Shown piece by piece: positions 13,720 to 27,016 of a stretch of 64,000 nt of DNA. Source of the DNA: Octopus bimaculoides (taxonomy: Eukaryota); NCBI RefSeq assembly GCF_001194135.2, contig NC_068986.1, positions 69,768,966 to 69,832,965 of the forward strand, written 5' to 3'. Numbering within the stretch: the stretch's first letter is position 1; each line of letters opens with the position of its first letter. A model generated the notes under the pieces. That model was not told the origin of the DNA. It was given only the letters and a program-made list of their open reading frames with translations, and did no database searches. The position numbers and the translations under genes were made by a program.

Positions 13720-14130
13720 GGCTGGACACAATATCAACAACACAAGCGAAGAACAGAACGAAAACAACAGCTCAACAGGTAAACAAATTCTTTCTAGCTG
13801 TAGTTATAGAAGAAACCGTCTCTATTCAGATTACAAGTTCAGGTTTATGTAACACACTGCCTAAATACCGATCTTGAGAAATTAGGCTTCTCAAAACCAG
13901 AAAGAACAAAGCTAATTCGAAGACTACATATCTAATCCATCACTGGAATTGTAAAAATTTGTAAAACTTTCGACAAGTTTATCATTTAAATATATATGAG
14001 CATGTCTAGATATGTAACTATATGCACGAGAATACATACATAAAACATACAAATCTGCCCATACATAGATACATACATACATACATACAAACAAAAATAC
14101 CCTGTTGTTGATGTTGAAATACCAATAATG
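13720..14130 (+). mobile_element. RLE-type (R4/Dong-like) LINE 3' remnant, different family from 54844
   Basis: Reads RLYSDYKFRF / YVTHCLNTDLEKLGFSKPERTKLIRRLHI*SITGIVKICKTFDKFII*, resembling C-termini of RLE elements (from recall). An internal deletion lies near 13850. Confidence 0.5.
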
Positions 14131-14309
14131 ACACACACATACATGCATACATATATATTTATTAGAAAGAAACATCCAAAACGTTTCACGCAGTAGTATC
14201 GGAACATGTTCGTCGGGGAGCGAGATAATCCATTAGATTCACCTCTCTAAAGTTAACAAAATAAAGTAACATTCATGTAATATGGCCGTTGTAATTGACT
14301 TACCTCCTA

Positions 14310-14693
14310 GGCGCAGGAGTGGCTGTGTGGTAAGCAGCTTGCTTACCAACCACATGGTTCCGGGTGTCTTCTACTATAGCCTCGGGCCGACCAAAGCCTT
14401 GTGAGTGGATTTGGTAGACGGAAACTTAAAGAAGCCTGTCGTATATATGTATATATATATATATATATGTATGTATGTGTGTGCATATGTTTGTGTGTTT
14501 GTGTTTGTCCCCCCAACATCACTTGACAACCGATGGTGGTATGTTTACGTCCCCGTAACCTAGCGGTTCGGCAAAAGAAACCGATAGAATAAGTACTAGG
14601 CTTACAAAGAATAAGTCCTGGGGTCGATTTGCTCGACTAAAAAAGGTGGTGCTCCAGCATGGCCGCAGTCAAATGACTGAAACAAGTAAAAGA
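14310..14693 (+). mobile_element. SINE family A, 31-bp deletion of B-box/CORE segment
   Basis: Low-divergence copy. CCGGGT joins GTCTTC directly compared with the copy at 29051. Confidence 0.92.
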
Positions 14694-15717
14694 CTAAAAT
14701 AGTACTCTAAATATGCAGGCCTTGTGCCTAAAGTAGAAGTGATTTTTATAGTAGTAGTATTAGTTGTTGTAGTGATGTTGCTGTTAGTGGTGGTGGTGGT
14801 GGTGGTGGTTGTGGTAGTAGTAGCAGTAGTATTTTTTAGACAGTCCCAAGGCAATATAATGCGACACATTTTTAGGTAAGGATGTGTACACAAATTATAT
14901 TAGACGTTGCGATGAAGTTATTGCAGGGTTAAACGTTTAATTCCATGATTGTGTAAGCCTGTATAATTTGATAACTGGATTACAAGCATCTGGCTGCACT
15001 TTCAAAACACATGGCAGATAATTGATATCATAAGAACATTGATTATTAAATGGATTCGCTGATTGATAATGAAATTTAATGAATTAATCATAATGGTTCT
15101 GTCGGAAAAGAAATGAAACCTCGACAATAAATGAATGATTTACTGGTTTTATAGTGCTATTTTATCTAATACTATTAACTTCCCTTCTAGACCGCCAATA
15201 TCTCTAAAGTAATCTTCATGTTTTCTCTTCACGCTGCCTCCCCTCTAACATTACTCGTTGATAATTCTCTCTCTCTTTCTCTTGTTTTGACACATACAAA
15301 AGCATATAGACACACACACACATACATACATACATACATACACATTTCTGTTCTTTTCTGGGCATATACATATTTTTCTTCCTATCTATGCAGCTCGTTT
15401 CTACTCCACTTCCTTTTTCCTCTATGAGTGAGTGCAAGTGGATAAGTCAATCTATGTGCGTGTGTAGTATATGTGTAGTTATTTCGTTGTTTACGTGTCT
15501 CTGTAGTCTAAGGAGTCCGCTCATAAGACATGTTTCCAGGTTCGATCGCTCAGTGGAGCACTTTCAGTAACTGTTTTTGAACACGAATGTAGTGTAGAAG
15601 CTCCCTCTTGCTTGCTGGCTCTCTCAATCTCTCTTTCTAGCTCTCCTCTCTCTCTCTCTCTTTCACATTTTCTATACATATATGTATGTGTGTTTGTGTG
15701 TTTGTGTGTATGTGTAT

Positions 15718-15776
<59 letters not shown>

Positions 15777-17261
15777 NNNNNNNNNNNNNNNNNNNNNNNN
15801 NNNNNNNNNNNNNNNNNNNNNNNNNNNNNNNNNNNNNNNNNNNNNNNNNNNNNNNNNNNNNNNNNNNNNNNNNNNNNNNNNNNNNNNNNNNNNNNNNNNN
15901 NNNNNNNNNNNNNNNNNNNNNNNNNNNNNNNNNNNNNNNNNNNNNNNNNNNNNNNNNNNNNNNNNNNNNNNNNNNNNNNNNNNNNNNNNNNNNNNNNNNN
16001 NNNNNNNNNNNNNNNNNNNNNNNNNNNNNNNNNNNNNNNNNNNNNNNNNNNNNNNNNNNNNNNNNNNNNNNNNNNNNNNNNNNNNNNNNNNNNNNNNNNN
16101 NNNNNNNNNNNNNNNNNNNNNNNNNNNNNNNNNNNNNNNNNNNNNNNNNNNNNNNNNNNNNNNNNNNNNNNNNNNNNNNNNNNNNNNNNNNNNNNNNNNN
16201 NNNNNNNNNNNNNNNNNNNNNNNNNNNNNNNNNNNNNNNNNNNNNNNNNNNNNNNNNNNNNNNNNNNNNNNNNNNNNNNNNNNNNNNNNNNNNNNNNNNN
16301 NNNNNNNNNNNNNNNNNNNNNNNNNNNNNNNNNNNNNNNNNNNNNNNNNNNNNNNNNNNNNNNNNNNNNNNNNNNNNNNNNNNNNNNNNNNNNNNNNNNN
16401 NNNNNATATATATATATATATATATACATACATATATATTTATATAAGTGTATGTGTGTGTGCGTGTGTGTGCGCGCGAGTGTATGTGTGTGTAAATGCA
16501 TATAAAATATTTTCATTTCAATATGATGGAAAGGTACTTGTGCATGAAAGAAATACTTGCAGATGTTAGAGCTGAATTTTTAATGTTACATTAAGCCGTA
16601 GTGTTTTGCTTACTTCAATTCAACAATAATAAAAGTAGCAAGGGTGATAATGCATAAAGTTTGAAATTGGTATAATGTATGCAAATGGCAAAACATATTT
16701 AATAATAAAAAAAAAGAAAACAAATAATATTACTGATATTTTAAAACTTTATTTCTTTATTTCTACAGTAATTTCAATAGCAAACATGGAGGTTTGCAGC
16801 CACATAATTATTTGTAACAGCAATTATAATAATATAACATAATTATTAATAATCAATAACAATTATTATATAACATAATTATTATATAATTCACAATGGT
16901 TATTATCATCACTTATTATGAATGATAATAATGGAGGTTTATAATTACGTGAGAATCATTTGGTCAGGAATGTTTTGAAATATAAAATCTCTATCTTCGT
17001 TGCAGTCGATACATATGTCACAGTAATGTTCGTAAGAGAATCATAGACAAGGCCGGTACATTTAGCGTACACATCCAGACGGTGATTTTATATTGACAAT
17101 ATATGTGTAGTAATACGACGTATCTGTTTTAGATACAGTAGCCAAATAGGTGACTGAGTGAAAGTTAACTCTGGAGTATTCGAATAGTTAACATGTAATG
17201 TGCATATACAATTATAATTGAAAATTAGTTATATAAATACAAATTCTCTCGCTCTATCTCT

Positions 17262-17320
<59 letters not shown>

Positions 17321-18802
17321 TCTCTCTCTCTCTCACACACACACATACACACACACACGCATACACATACACAAATATACACATAAACACACACACACAT
17401 AAATATTGTTATTGAAACGGCTGTAGAAGTGAAGAAATAAGGTTTGAGATGTAAAAGATATTGTTTGCTTCCTATTTTTATATATATATATACATATTTA
17501 TATTTATATAGACATTCATGAACATGCGTAAAATATACTTTTTTATGCAAAGATAAGTATGCTGTTACATTCAGGCACATATTCATTTTCATATATGTCC
17601 ATTTGTTTATAAACCCTTTCATATACACTTTAACACTTCTTTGTTATACATCCTTACATGCATATCTATATCGAAACGGACACGCATAACCAAATCCGCT
17701 CGCGAATATGTACACACGCATATTCAGTCAATCATATACATATATGCACACATTCATTCACCAATATTTCTATGAAAATGATATTTCATTGAGTTGCATC
17801 GTTTTTCTAAGCTGGAATTAGAATTGGTTTGAACGATAGGTAGAGAAATATTCAGCTAACAATAGGAAAATAACTCACTTGCTTACATGCATATTGTTTT
17901 CTTCATTCCTGGAAATTTTCCTAATTATCGACGAAGGGAATCATGTTTTCCTAATTAGTAAAGAATTTTGTTTGTATAAAATCTTGATAACCACCGGAGG
18001 GTGATTTAAAAAATAGTAGTTGTGAATCGGATGCCAGAATGTCATCTTCCGCCATTATTGATCAGTGAAGTGGTTTTTATCTCAGATGCGTTCATGAGAA
18101 GATGCACAAAAAAATAAAATTGTAACTTGATGTAATTGAATTGGTATAATTGAAGTGAATGTTATTGTTTAAAATCGCGTAACTTTCAGCATGTCTATTG
18201 GATCTAGTAGATGTATTTCATGAAGATAAAAGACATGAGTGAATGTTAACATACTACATATGCACGGAATGTGGGAACGATCGAATGGGTACGCCACTTT
18301 ATTAAATCATTAGATTTGAGTTTAAATCAGCTGCGAACATTTCATTGTGTCTCTAGATAGAACACAACATTCTAACGATTTGCAATAGTTAACGAATCTT
18401 CCAGTGAATTTACATAAATTGGATGGATAATCTATCCAAGTGGTAATCTTCATCTAATTAACCAAATCTGACCCTTCTGCGGCCCTAAGAGAAATGCATT
18501 TTTATAGTTGGTAAAATTGATTAAATTCAAACATTCTATAAACGTTAACATCTTGAATTCCGCTTTGTGGCATATAAGGGATTGCAAATTAACGAAAGAC
18601 GTGCAAACTTTATTCTGTGCCCCACGAAAAATAGCGAATCGTGATATCTAGTTTCAGCTCGACACCTTGGATTAGAGATCCACCACAGGAACATTAAAGG
18701 ATATAAATCACACCTCAAAGTTTTAAATACTAGATTGGACTAGTATTTAAATACGAGATTGGAAATACGCCATCTGCAAATTGATTAATAATTTTGGATT
18801 GT

Positions 18803-19020
18803 AAGGCGGTGAGCTGGCAGAATCATTAGCTCGCCGGGTAAAATACCTAGCAGAATTTCGTCTGTTTTTACGTTCTGAGTTCAAATTCCGCCGCTGTCGA
18901 CTTTAGCTTTCACCCTTTCGTGGCCGGTAAAATAAGTACGGGTTGAATTGTGGTGCCGATGTAATCGACTTAACCACTCACCCGAAATTCCTAGCCTTGT
19001 GCCAAAATTTGAAATCAATA
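18803..19020 (+). mobile_element. SINE family B, full length
   Basis: GGCGGTGAGCTGGCAGAATC through CCTTGTGCCAAAATTTGAAATCAATA. Confidence 0.9.
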
Positions 19021-19223
19021 ATTTTAGGCTGTGACAATTGATTGCTTGTATTGATGATATCATACGAACAACTAATACATTACGGTATATAACTCTCAAT
19101 TGACTCTACAGATGGTGCAACGTCTTCACTCTTATCTTTGTGTTACACATTCATATTTATTCTTTTTCTGTTCTCTTTTATCGTATTTTGTCTTCGTTTT
19201 TCTATATGCTTTCATTTTTTTTT

Positions 19224-19515
19224 GCGCCCTTTTAAAGCCTAGCCAGCCTCATAGGCCCGGTTTCCCGGTTTCTATGGCGTACGTGTCCCCCCCCCCCGCC
19301 AGCTGGACGGGACGCCAGTCCATCGCAGCGTTACTCAAGAAACAGGAAGAAAGAGTCAGAGAAAGTTGGGGCGAAAGAGTACAACAGGGGTCATCACCAC
19401 CCACCCCCCTGCCGGAGCCTCGTAGAGCTTTTGGTGTTTTCGCTCAATAAAATCGAAACCGCGATCCTCCGACCGCGAGTCCGCTGCCCTAACCACTGGG
19501 CCATTGCACCTCCAC
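19224..19515 (-). mobile_element. tRNA-derived SINE with V-domain-like core
   Basis: The minus strand has A-box TGGCCCAGTGG, B-box-like GGTTTCGATT, core GCTGCGATGGACTGGCGTCCCGTCCAG, and tail GAAACCGGGAAACCGGGCC. Confidence 0.75.
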
Positions 19516-20711
19516 TATGTGCTTTCATAGGCACATAAATACATTTATATATTTCTTTTGTATGTAAATCTGTAGTTTTACGTATAATTGTGAATTAAAA
19601 GTATACGTACATCCATAATTTTTGTACAACCATATATACGTGTGTGGGGTGGGGCGTGCGTGTGTGTGTGTGTTTGTGTGTGTTTGCGGGAATACTTAAT
19701 GTACAGCAATGAGCTTCTTAAACATGATCAAACTTGCCCGAACTAACATTCTTACTAATTGCTTGTAACAATGACATTTCTTTAACAGGCGATTCAATGC
19801 AACGTTTATTATTACTAGGCTAACCGTGCACATAATAAGTCTTTCCTCCCATCCTGCTCGCTCTCCCTTTTATTTACTCCAACCTATTGCAATACACTTC
19901 TCCTCTCCTCTCTTTCCTTTATGTTTCTGTTTATGCCTTCATCCTACGATGTGATTCTACTATGTATATCAAAAAGCTCATCTTACTAGACACTGATTTG
20001 GGAAACCAATATAGGCGTAAATTCAAAGTAAACAATTACCATCGATAATAGATATTATAAATGCAAATATATGCAGAGGTTTAATTTACAACGTCGTAAG
20101 AATCTGCGCATGTATACCTATTTTTATTTGTCTATATTTAAACGTGTGCGTGAGTGTCTGCGTGTGCATATATGTGTGTGTTTATGTATCTCTATATGTG
20201 TGTTTGTCTATGTGTATATGAGTGTTCTTTCTCCATTTATCTTTAAAATATTTTCATTGTCGATTCTTTCTACTAAAAGAAGGCAACGTGTATGTGTGTA
20301 TACGCTGTATGGGAACTGGGCTTCTAGATGAGAGTCCCCAAATGTGTGTAAATTAAAACATGACTGGCATACGCGTGCCCAACAGTATACATCCATATAT
20401 ACAAATACACGCACACACACACAAACACACTTTCACGCGTGCACGCACACACACATAGATGATTATATATCTATGTGTATGGAAGCATTAATGTGAAAGC
20501 AAAAGTATATGTGTCTGTGATTTATGGGTATCGGCGTTCAATAAGTCATAGAGTTAACTTATGTCTTATCCTACCAGAATGCGAGGAAACAAGTAGTTAC
20601 AAGTGACAGAGATCTATTCCGCAAAGTATGGCTTCCATCTCGAAAATATTTGGTCTTTTACTTTACAAAAACCATTAATAGAATATATGTGTGTGTGTGT
20701 ATGTATGTATG

Positions 20712-20784
<73 letters not shown>

Positions 20785-21693
20785 GCATACATACATATAG
20801 ATAGATAGCTAGATATTTATGTACACACACACATATATATACAGAGGGAGAGAGAAAGAGAAAGAGAGAGCATGCAAATTTCAGTGCGTATGTGTGTGTG
20901 AGTGTCTTGTGGAAGTATGTGCCTGTATGTGTATGCAACAGATATCCAGCCACCGTAAATAAGATACCTCAATGACAGCAGGTGATAAACTTCGATTTAA
21001 ACAGAAGGTAGAATTATAGGTGCACGTGAATAAGTCATTTAGTTCCTGTCACACATCTTAAATACAGATGTTCGAAAGAAATGTGTCTTACTGTTTCGTA
21101 TTAAGCTCTTGTTTCTATTTCCCCACTGAATACAAACCTAGTGGAAGGGAATTATCCGAACTTATTGCGTAGGTCACAACCTGTTTCGTAGAAGAATCTG
21201 TAGCATTCACAGGCTTGTTGATATTCAGTAGTATCTTCTCTGACACTTTGTTTCCGATTGCAACACCTACATCACATTAAAGTTGCAGAAATTCTTCTTG
21301 GCATCTTGGCATTTTTGTATTTTTTTTTGTGTGTGTGTTTACAGAGCATCTATCATTTATATATGGTTGAGTGTAAATAAATAATAAGCATAACATGTGT
21401 GCGTATATTTTTATATGTATGTGTGTATATATATGTATGAATGTTGTTTTGTATGCGGGTAGTTTATAGGTGCCATAAATATACTGTGTATGTGTGTGTG
21501 TGTGTGTGGATTCATTATGTTGTCTATTTCTTCATATTTGCATAGTCCCGGAGTAGATTAGAACTAGAAGCCTTTATTTCTACGCAAGACCAATATGACG
21601 TCGGCGAAATTTGAAACCTGAATATAAAATACCACAATGCATTTGCCATGTTACCGGTTCTGCGTATGGAACACCTTGCATTTCTCAATATAA

Positions 21694-21881
21694 GCCGGGC
21701 GAAATCCTTAGCAGCATTTCTTCCGTCTTTATGTTCTGAGTTCAAATTCCACCGTGCTCGACTTAGCCTTTCATTTTTTTGACGTCGATAAAATAAGTAC
21801 CAGTTGAGTACTTGAGTCGATGTAATCGACTTATACCCTGTCCTGAAATTGCTGGCCTTGAGCCAAATTTTGAAACCAATA
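21694..21881 (+). mobile_element. SINE family B
   Basis: GCCGGGCGAAAT...GAGTTCAAATTCC...GATAAAATAAGTACCAGTTG...GGCCTTGAGCCAAATTTTGAAACC. Confidence 0.88.
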
Positions 21882-23898
21882 TATGAAAACAATTGCTGTT
21901 ATGTATAAAAAAAAATAATAATTTGATAATAGAGCACTCACTATGCCAAAAGTTCCCATTTATATTTATTTTTCACGTCACACGTGAAACTCGTGCCTCT
22001 TTTCAACACTGGAATGTGTTTTGCCAACGTAAGCTCTATTATTATATATTACAACGAGGAGAAAGACGATGTAGCTGTTTTGTGGTATTTGTATTGGTGT
22101 CTGGGGATGTTTGACGAAAAAATTTGAAATCCCGTAATTTTCAAAATATTCATCACCGTTTATTTTATCATTCACGATGTCATTATTGTTGGTTGGCAGC
22201 ATAATGATTTCACTTGATGTTGCTCTTTTCCTATAATTATGTTTCCTACCTAATTAACAAATCATTATCATCATTATTTATTATTTATTTAATTCTAGCG
22301 CTTCCTTATTATCACTCATCTTATCTATCAGCCTGAGGGGGTTGCGCAGTGTGTATAACTAAATATGTTACATTTAACTATTTATCACGGATAAATTGTT
22401 GCAATTCTTTCAATGATGGATTTTAATTTAGATGGCGATACTAAATTATTATCGTAATTAATTTCTTGTATTGTTTCACTCATATTTTATCTCTTAAATT
22501 TCTTATTGATTTATGGTAGTGGTAGTAGTGGAGGTATATGCTGCGGTAGTAAGTTCGAAGAAGTTATTGTAGATTGTGGTGATTATGGTCATTGTATTTG
22601 TGATAATGATGATGGCTGTGTTGACAGTAGTTTAGAGATAATGATAGCGCAATCTGCAGTGGTGTTGTTGCTGAGAGAAATTATAACGGTTGCAATGGCA
22701 ATATCGGTCACACGGTTGTGATTGTAGTTGTAATGATCACGCTATTATTATCATGAATAGAAGGTAATATTAGCATGATCAGCAGTATTTGTAGTTCGTT
22801 CTTGTCTCCAAATGTAGATGAGTAGGATTGGGCATGAAATTAATGAGATTGAGAGAAAAGGGAGATTTGTTATAGCAGCAGTAGATAACAAATATATATT
22901 TTCTTTGGCAGAAAAGATTTGTTTCCATATTATTACGAAAAATATTAACTGTAAATGGAAATTATGGAAAGAAATCTAAAAAGTAACAAAAGATTCTGAA
23001 ATAAAGAACAAAAGAAACATGAGCGAAAATGGGTGGCGGGATGGAGAGGAAGATAAGGAACAGAAGAGTAAAATTTCGAGAAGGAAATGTGTACATGATG
23101 ACAGTGACAAAGAAACAACGTATGGAGAGAAATAGAAATAGATGAATGAAATGTGAAAAAAAAAAAAAAATGTGAATGAGCGAGTGTGTGTAATTTGTGA
23201 AATATGGTGTGTTTATGTTAGTTTGCATGTATGACTGTGCGTGCATTTTTGTATCTGTTACGTTAATTAGCGATAGTTTCTGGCAGCCATATATGACCAA
23301 TATATCTCTGAGTGGGATTAAAAACGAAAAGAAGAAAATGCACACGTTTCTATTATTTGAACGCATTTACTATTAAAGAATTCTTTTTATTTTCTAAATG
23401 AAAATATATTTTTGCCAAAAACTAATAAATCCACTTTAATCTAAATGTGAATTGATAATGAATCCTTTCCCTTTACAGACGAAACTAACTATTGAAATAG
23501 GTCAATGTAGTTTTTTTAATTAATTATCTGTTTATCTTATAGAATACATATTAGAATTCGAAATTTATTATGAGTATTGCCTGACCAATAAACTCCAGGG
23601 ATTTAGAATTGCATATATGTATAAGTTTATTGTAAATATACATGTAATTCTTATATGAGAAATTAAATAAATGACGAGGGAATAATAAATTATATCTGTT
23701 ATAAGATGCGATGCACTCATCCTCATTGCAGCTTCAAAAATGAAGTGCAATTAAATTTGGGAAAGCATTTACATTTATATATACACACACAGAAAAGCAT
23801 TATCGTCGAAAAATATATAAGCCTATATAGGAAATGAAGTAAATAGTTTGAAGGGCAGAAGCTACTCCTAGAGAAAGTAGATTGCTATAAAATCTTGA

Positions 23899-23937
<39 letters not shown>

Positions 23938-24256
23938 NNNNNNNNNNNNNNNNNNNNNNNNNNNNNNNNNNNNNNNNNNNNNNNNNNNNNNNNNNNNNNN
24001 NNNNNNNNNNNNNNNNNNNNNNNNNNNNNNNNNNNNNNNNNNNNNNNNNNNNNNNNNNNNNNNNNNNNNNNNNNNNNNNNNNNNNNNNNNNNNNNNNNNN
24101 NNNNNNNNNNNNNNNNNNNNNNNNNNNNNNNNNNNNNNNNNNNNNNNNNNNNNNNNNNNNNNNNNNNNNNNNNNNNNNNNNNNNNNNNNNNNNNNNNNNN
24201 NNNNNNNNNNNNNNNNNNNNNNNNNNNNNNNNNNNNNNNNNNNNNNNNNNNNNNNN

Positions 24257-24311
<55 letters not shown>

Positions 24312-24965
24312 AGACACACACACACACACTTACATACATACATATATACATACAAGCACAAATAGTGCCGAATTCATAGAACTGATGTGAAAGCCTTGTG
24401 GTATTTCTTTCGACTTTTAGTAATCTGAATTCCAATTCACTCTCTGGATAAAATTTAAAAAAAAAGTCTACCAGGCTAGAGTAGTGGATGGGCGGAAAGT
24501 TAGTACGATGGACAAAATGCCAGAATATTATCTGTTTGTAGGTTCAAATTCCTTTTCCTGTGACCGGAAAAACCGCGGCTCTGAGGCGGAGTAAAAAAAG
24601 ATGATTGGCTCTAGAGACCTTTAAATGAAGTACCCAACCATAGCAGCTACTGACTCTGCATTCCAGTACACCAACTAGCAGGAAAGAAAGCAAGGAGGCA
24701 TTCAAGTATTGATATACTCAAAGAATAACAACAAAACGTCTTGTATGTACGCATATATTCATGTACGTATGTTTATATTTACACACACAGACACACGCAC
24801 GCTCGCACGCACACACACACACACACATACACACTCATATATATATATAATTGTAATATACAAATACTTGCAAGTACACGAACATATATAAAAATGCATA
24901 TATAACTACGTCATGTAGATGTTTATATTTACATATACATTTATGCATATATACGTGTATGTATG

Positions 24966-25272
24966 TATATAGTTGAAATTTATAGAAAAACAAAAGACGA
25001 TGACAGGTGTAGGAACAAGTAAGTGTATTAGTTTGATGCTCGGGGAAAACGAAAAAGTCTTTTACGTTTCAAGCCTACGCTGGACCGCTGAAATCTACAA
25101 GTTTTTTTTTCATTCTCTCTCAGTTTATTTTCTCCTATTCCTTTCTGTTGAAGAGCGTAGGCTCGAAACGTAAAAGACTTCTGCATTTTTCCCGAGCGTC
25201 AAACTAAAACACTTGCTTGTTGTTCATACACCTGTCTTCGTCTTTCGTTTTTCTATAAATTACATCTGTATA
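24966..25272. mobile_element. Two Penelope-like element 3' ends (pLTR) in inverted arrangement
   Basis: 24966-25081 is the reverse complement of 25154-25272 (AGCGTAGGCTYGAAACGTAAAAGACTT...ACACCTGTC..CGTCTTT..TTTTTCTATAAATT). The plus arm contains a minimal hammerhead motif typical of PLE pLTRs. Confidence 0.7.
25141..25176 (+). ncRNA. Minimal type-I hammerhead ribozyme-like motif with variant core
   Basis: Stem I CUUU/AAAG, core CUGUUGA-A, stem II GAGC-GUAG-GCUC, GAA, palindromic stem III ACGU, cleavage triplet GUA. Confidence 0.55.
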
Positions 25273-25481
25273 TTATAGGCTTACTTGGTTACCCCAGTTT
25301 GATCCTGATTGAACTTCCTACTCTCTGGACTTGCGTATCTTAACCACTTACCGAACTTTCAACACATCTCCTCATCAAAATACCAGCACTCCATCTGGAT
25401 TGCCACTGGTTCTACTGACTCTACCTTCACTGGAGTTTATGTATGTATGTTTGTATGTATGTATGTATGTGTGTATGTGTA

Positions 25482-25514
<33 letters not shown>

Positions 25515-26861
25515 GTATGTATGTATGTATGTATGTATGTATGTATGTATGTATGTATGTGTGTGTGTGTGTGTGTATGTATGTATCTATGTATCTATGT
25601 ATGTATGTATAGTCATGCATGTGAGTATATGATTGAAATAAAGAATAATGTTCAGATATATATGTATGAAACATCGAAAGAATAAAGAGAAAGCAATGTT
25701 TGGTGCGGGGATTTCGGAACACAGCACAACCCATTAGTATTTAGGGAGTTATAATTATCTGTCGACGGTTTAACACGTTTTATATTCACTTGATATATCA
25801 ACCTTTACTAATATGCACGTTGTCATTGCCTACCGCGCCGTATTGAATTCCTATATTTTTCTCTCTTTTAGCGCTAGAACACGTATCTGTTTCTGACATA
25901 TGAGTTCTTAGATGTTGTCGATCTGTTTTCCTGTCATCTATCTCTTACATTTCGTTTTTACATTTAGTTCCAAAACGAGGCCTATATATTTTTTTCAATT
26001 CGCCACCTTGTTTTTGGTACAAATCCGCTTTCAATGGTTGGAATATCAATTAAAGCTCACAGTGAGCTTTACCGACTGACAAAGGAAATAAAGGAAAGCT
26101 GAGACAGCTAAAAATATGAATCCACTGGTTTTAGTAAGTTATCGGATGGCAAATCACACAGCATATCGAGTACGGAAAGCATCTGAAGAAATCAGCTGGA
26201 GTAGAGTTATTGTAAAGCGACAAGTCAGGTCATCTAGTTTGCAAGAGCTGTCAGGGATAGCAGGTAAATTATGTTTGCTTGAGACTGAAATATATATTTT
26301 CGTGGTTCTGTTAAACGAAAAACAACAAATTGCTTCTGTCAGTTTACACTAGCATAAATAACACAGCATAGACTGGTGAAAATATGTAAACTTATATCTG
26401 TAAATATCTACTTCATAGACGAAGTTGTATATGCGCACACATAATCATCTGCACTGGAGAGAGGGATTCGATAACATTCTAATATGTAAATAAAACGTTA
26501 TTGAATCCAGTTAATGGTTAACAGCATAAACAACGTAGTGAAACAGATTTGATGATATATTCTTTTATGTCATATAATCTATATTTGAACATATAGCTAT
26601 ACTTTTCCTGAGACATGATATATAGCGACGATTCTATTGACAATATTTCCTGCGTGAAAATATTGTTTTCTTTATTACGATAACAAAAGAATTATGAAAC
26701 CAAAGACTGCTTTAGTATCTGAAACAAATATCTCGCTATCATTTCTACCTCCCACTATTGGCAAAAATTTGCTTTGTTGAAAACTGATTCCACAACTCTT
26801 GTTTAGTTGGAAAAAAAAACATACATCGTTTAAACACATTTCAAGGCTTTAAAGCAATATA

Positions 26862-27016
26862 CAATTCAAATTTTGGCACAAGGCCAGCAACGTCGGGAGG
26901 TGGGTAAGTCGATTACATTGACCCCCAATGCTCAACTGGTATTTATTTATCGACCACGAAAGGATGAATGGCAAACGGCACAATCGACCTCGGCGGATTT
27001 GAATTCAAAACGTCAC
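26862..27016 (-). mobile_element. SINE family B 3' part
   Basis: TTCAAATTTTGGCACAAGGCC...TCGACCTCGGCGGATTTGAATTC. Confidence 0.85.

Noticed and set aside
18000-18075. Good Kozak ATG on the minus strand (MAEDDILASDSQLL...)
   Set aside because: The frame closes after 38 codons with no credible donor.
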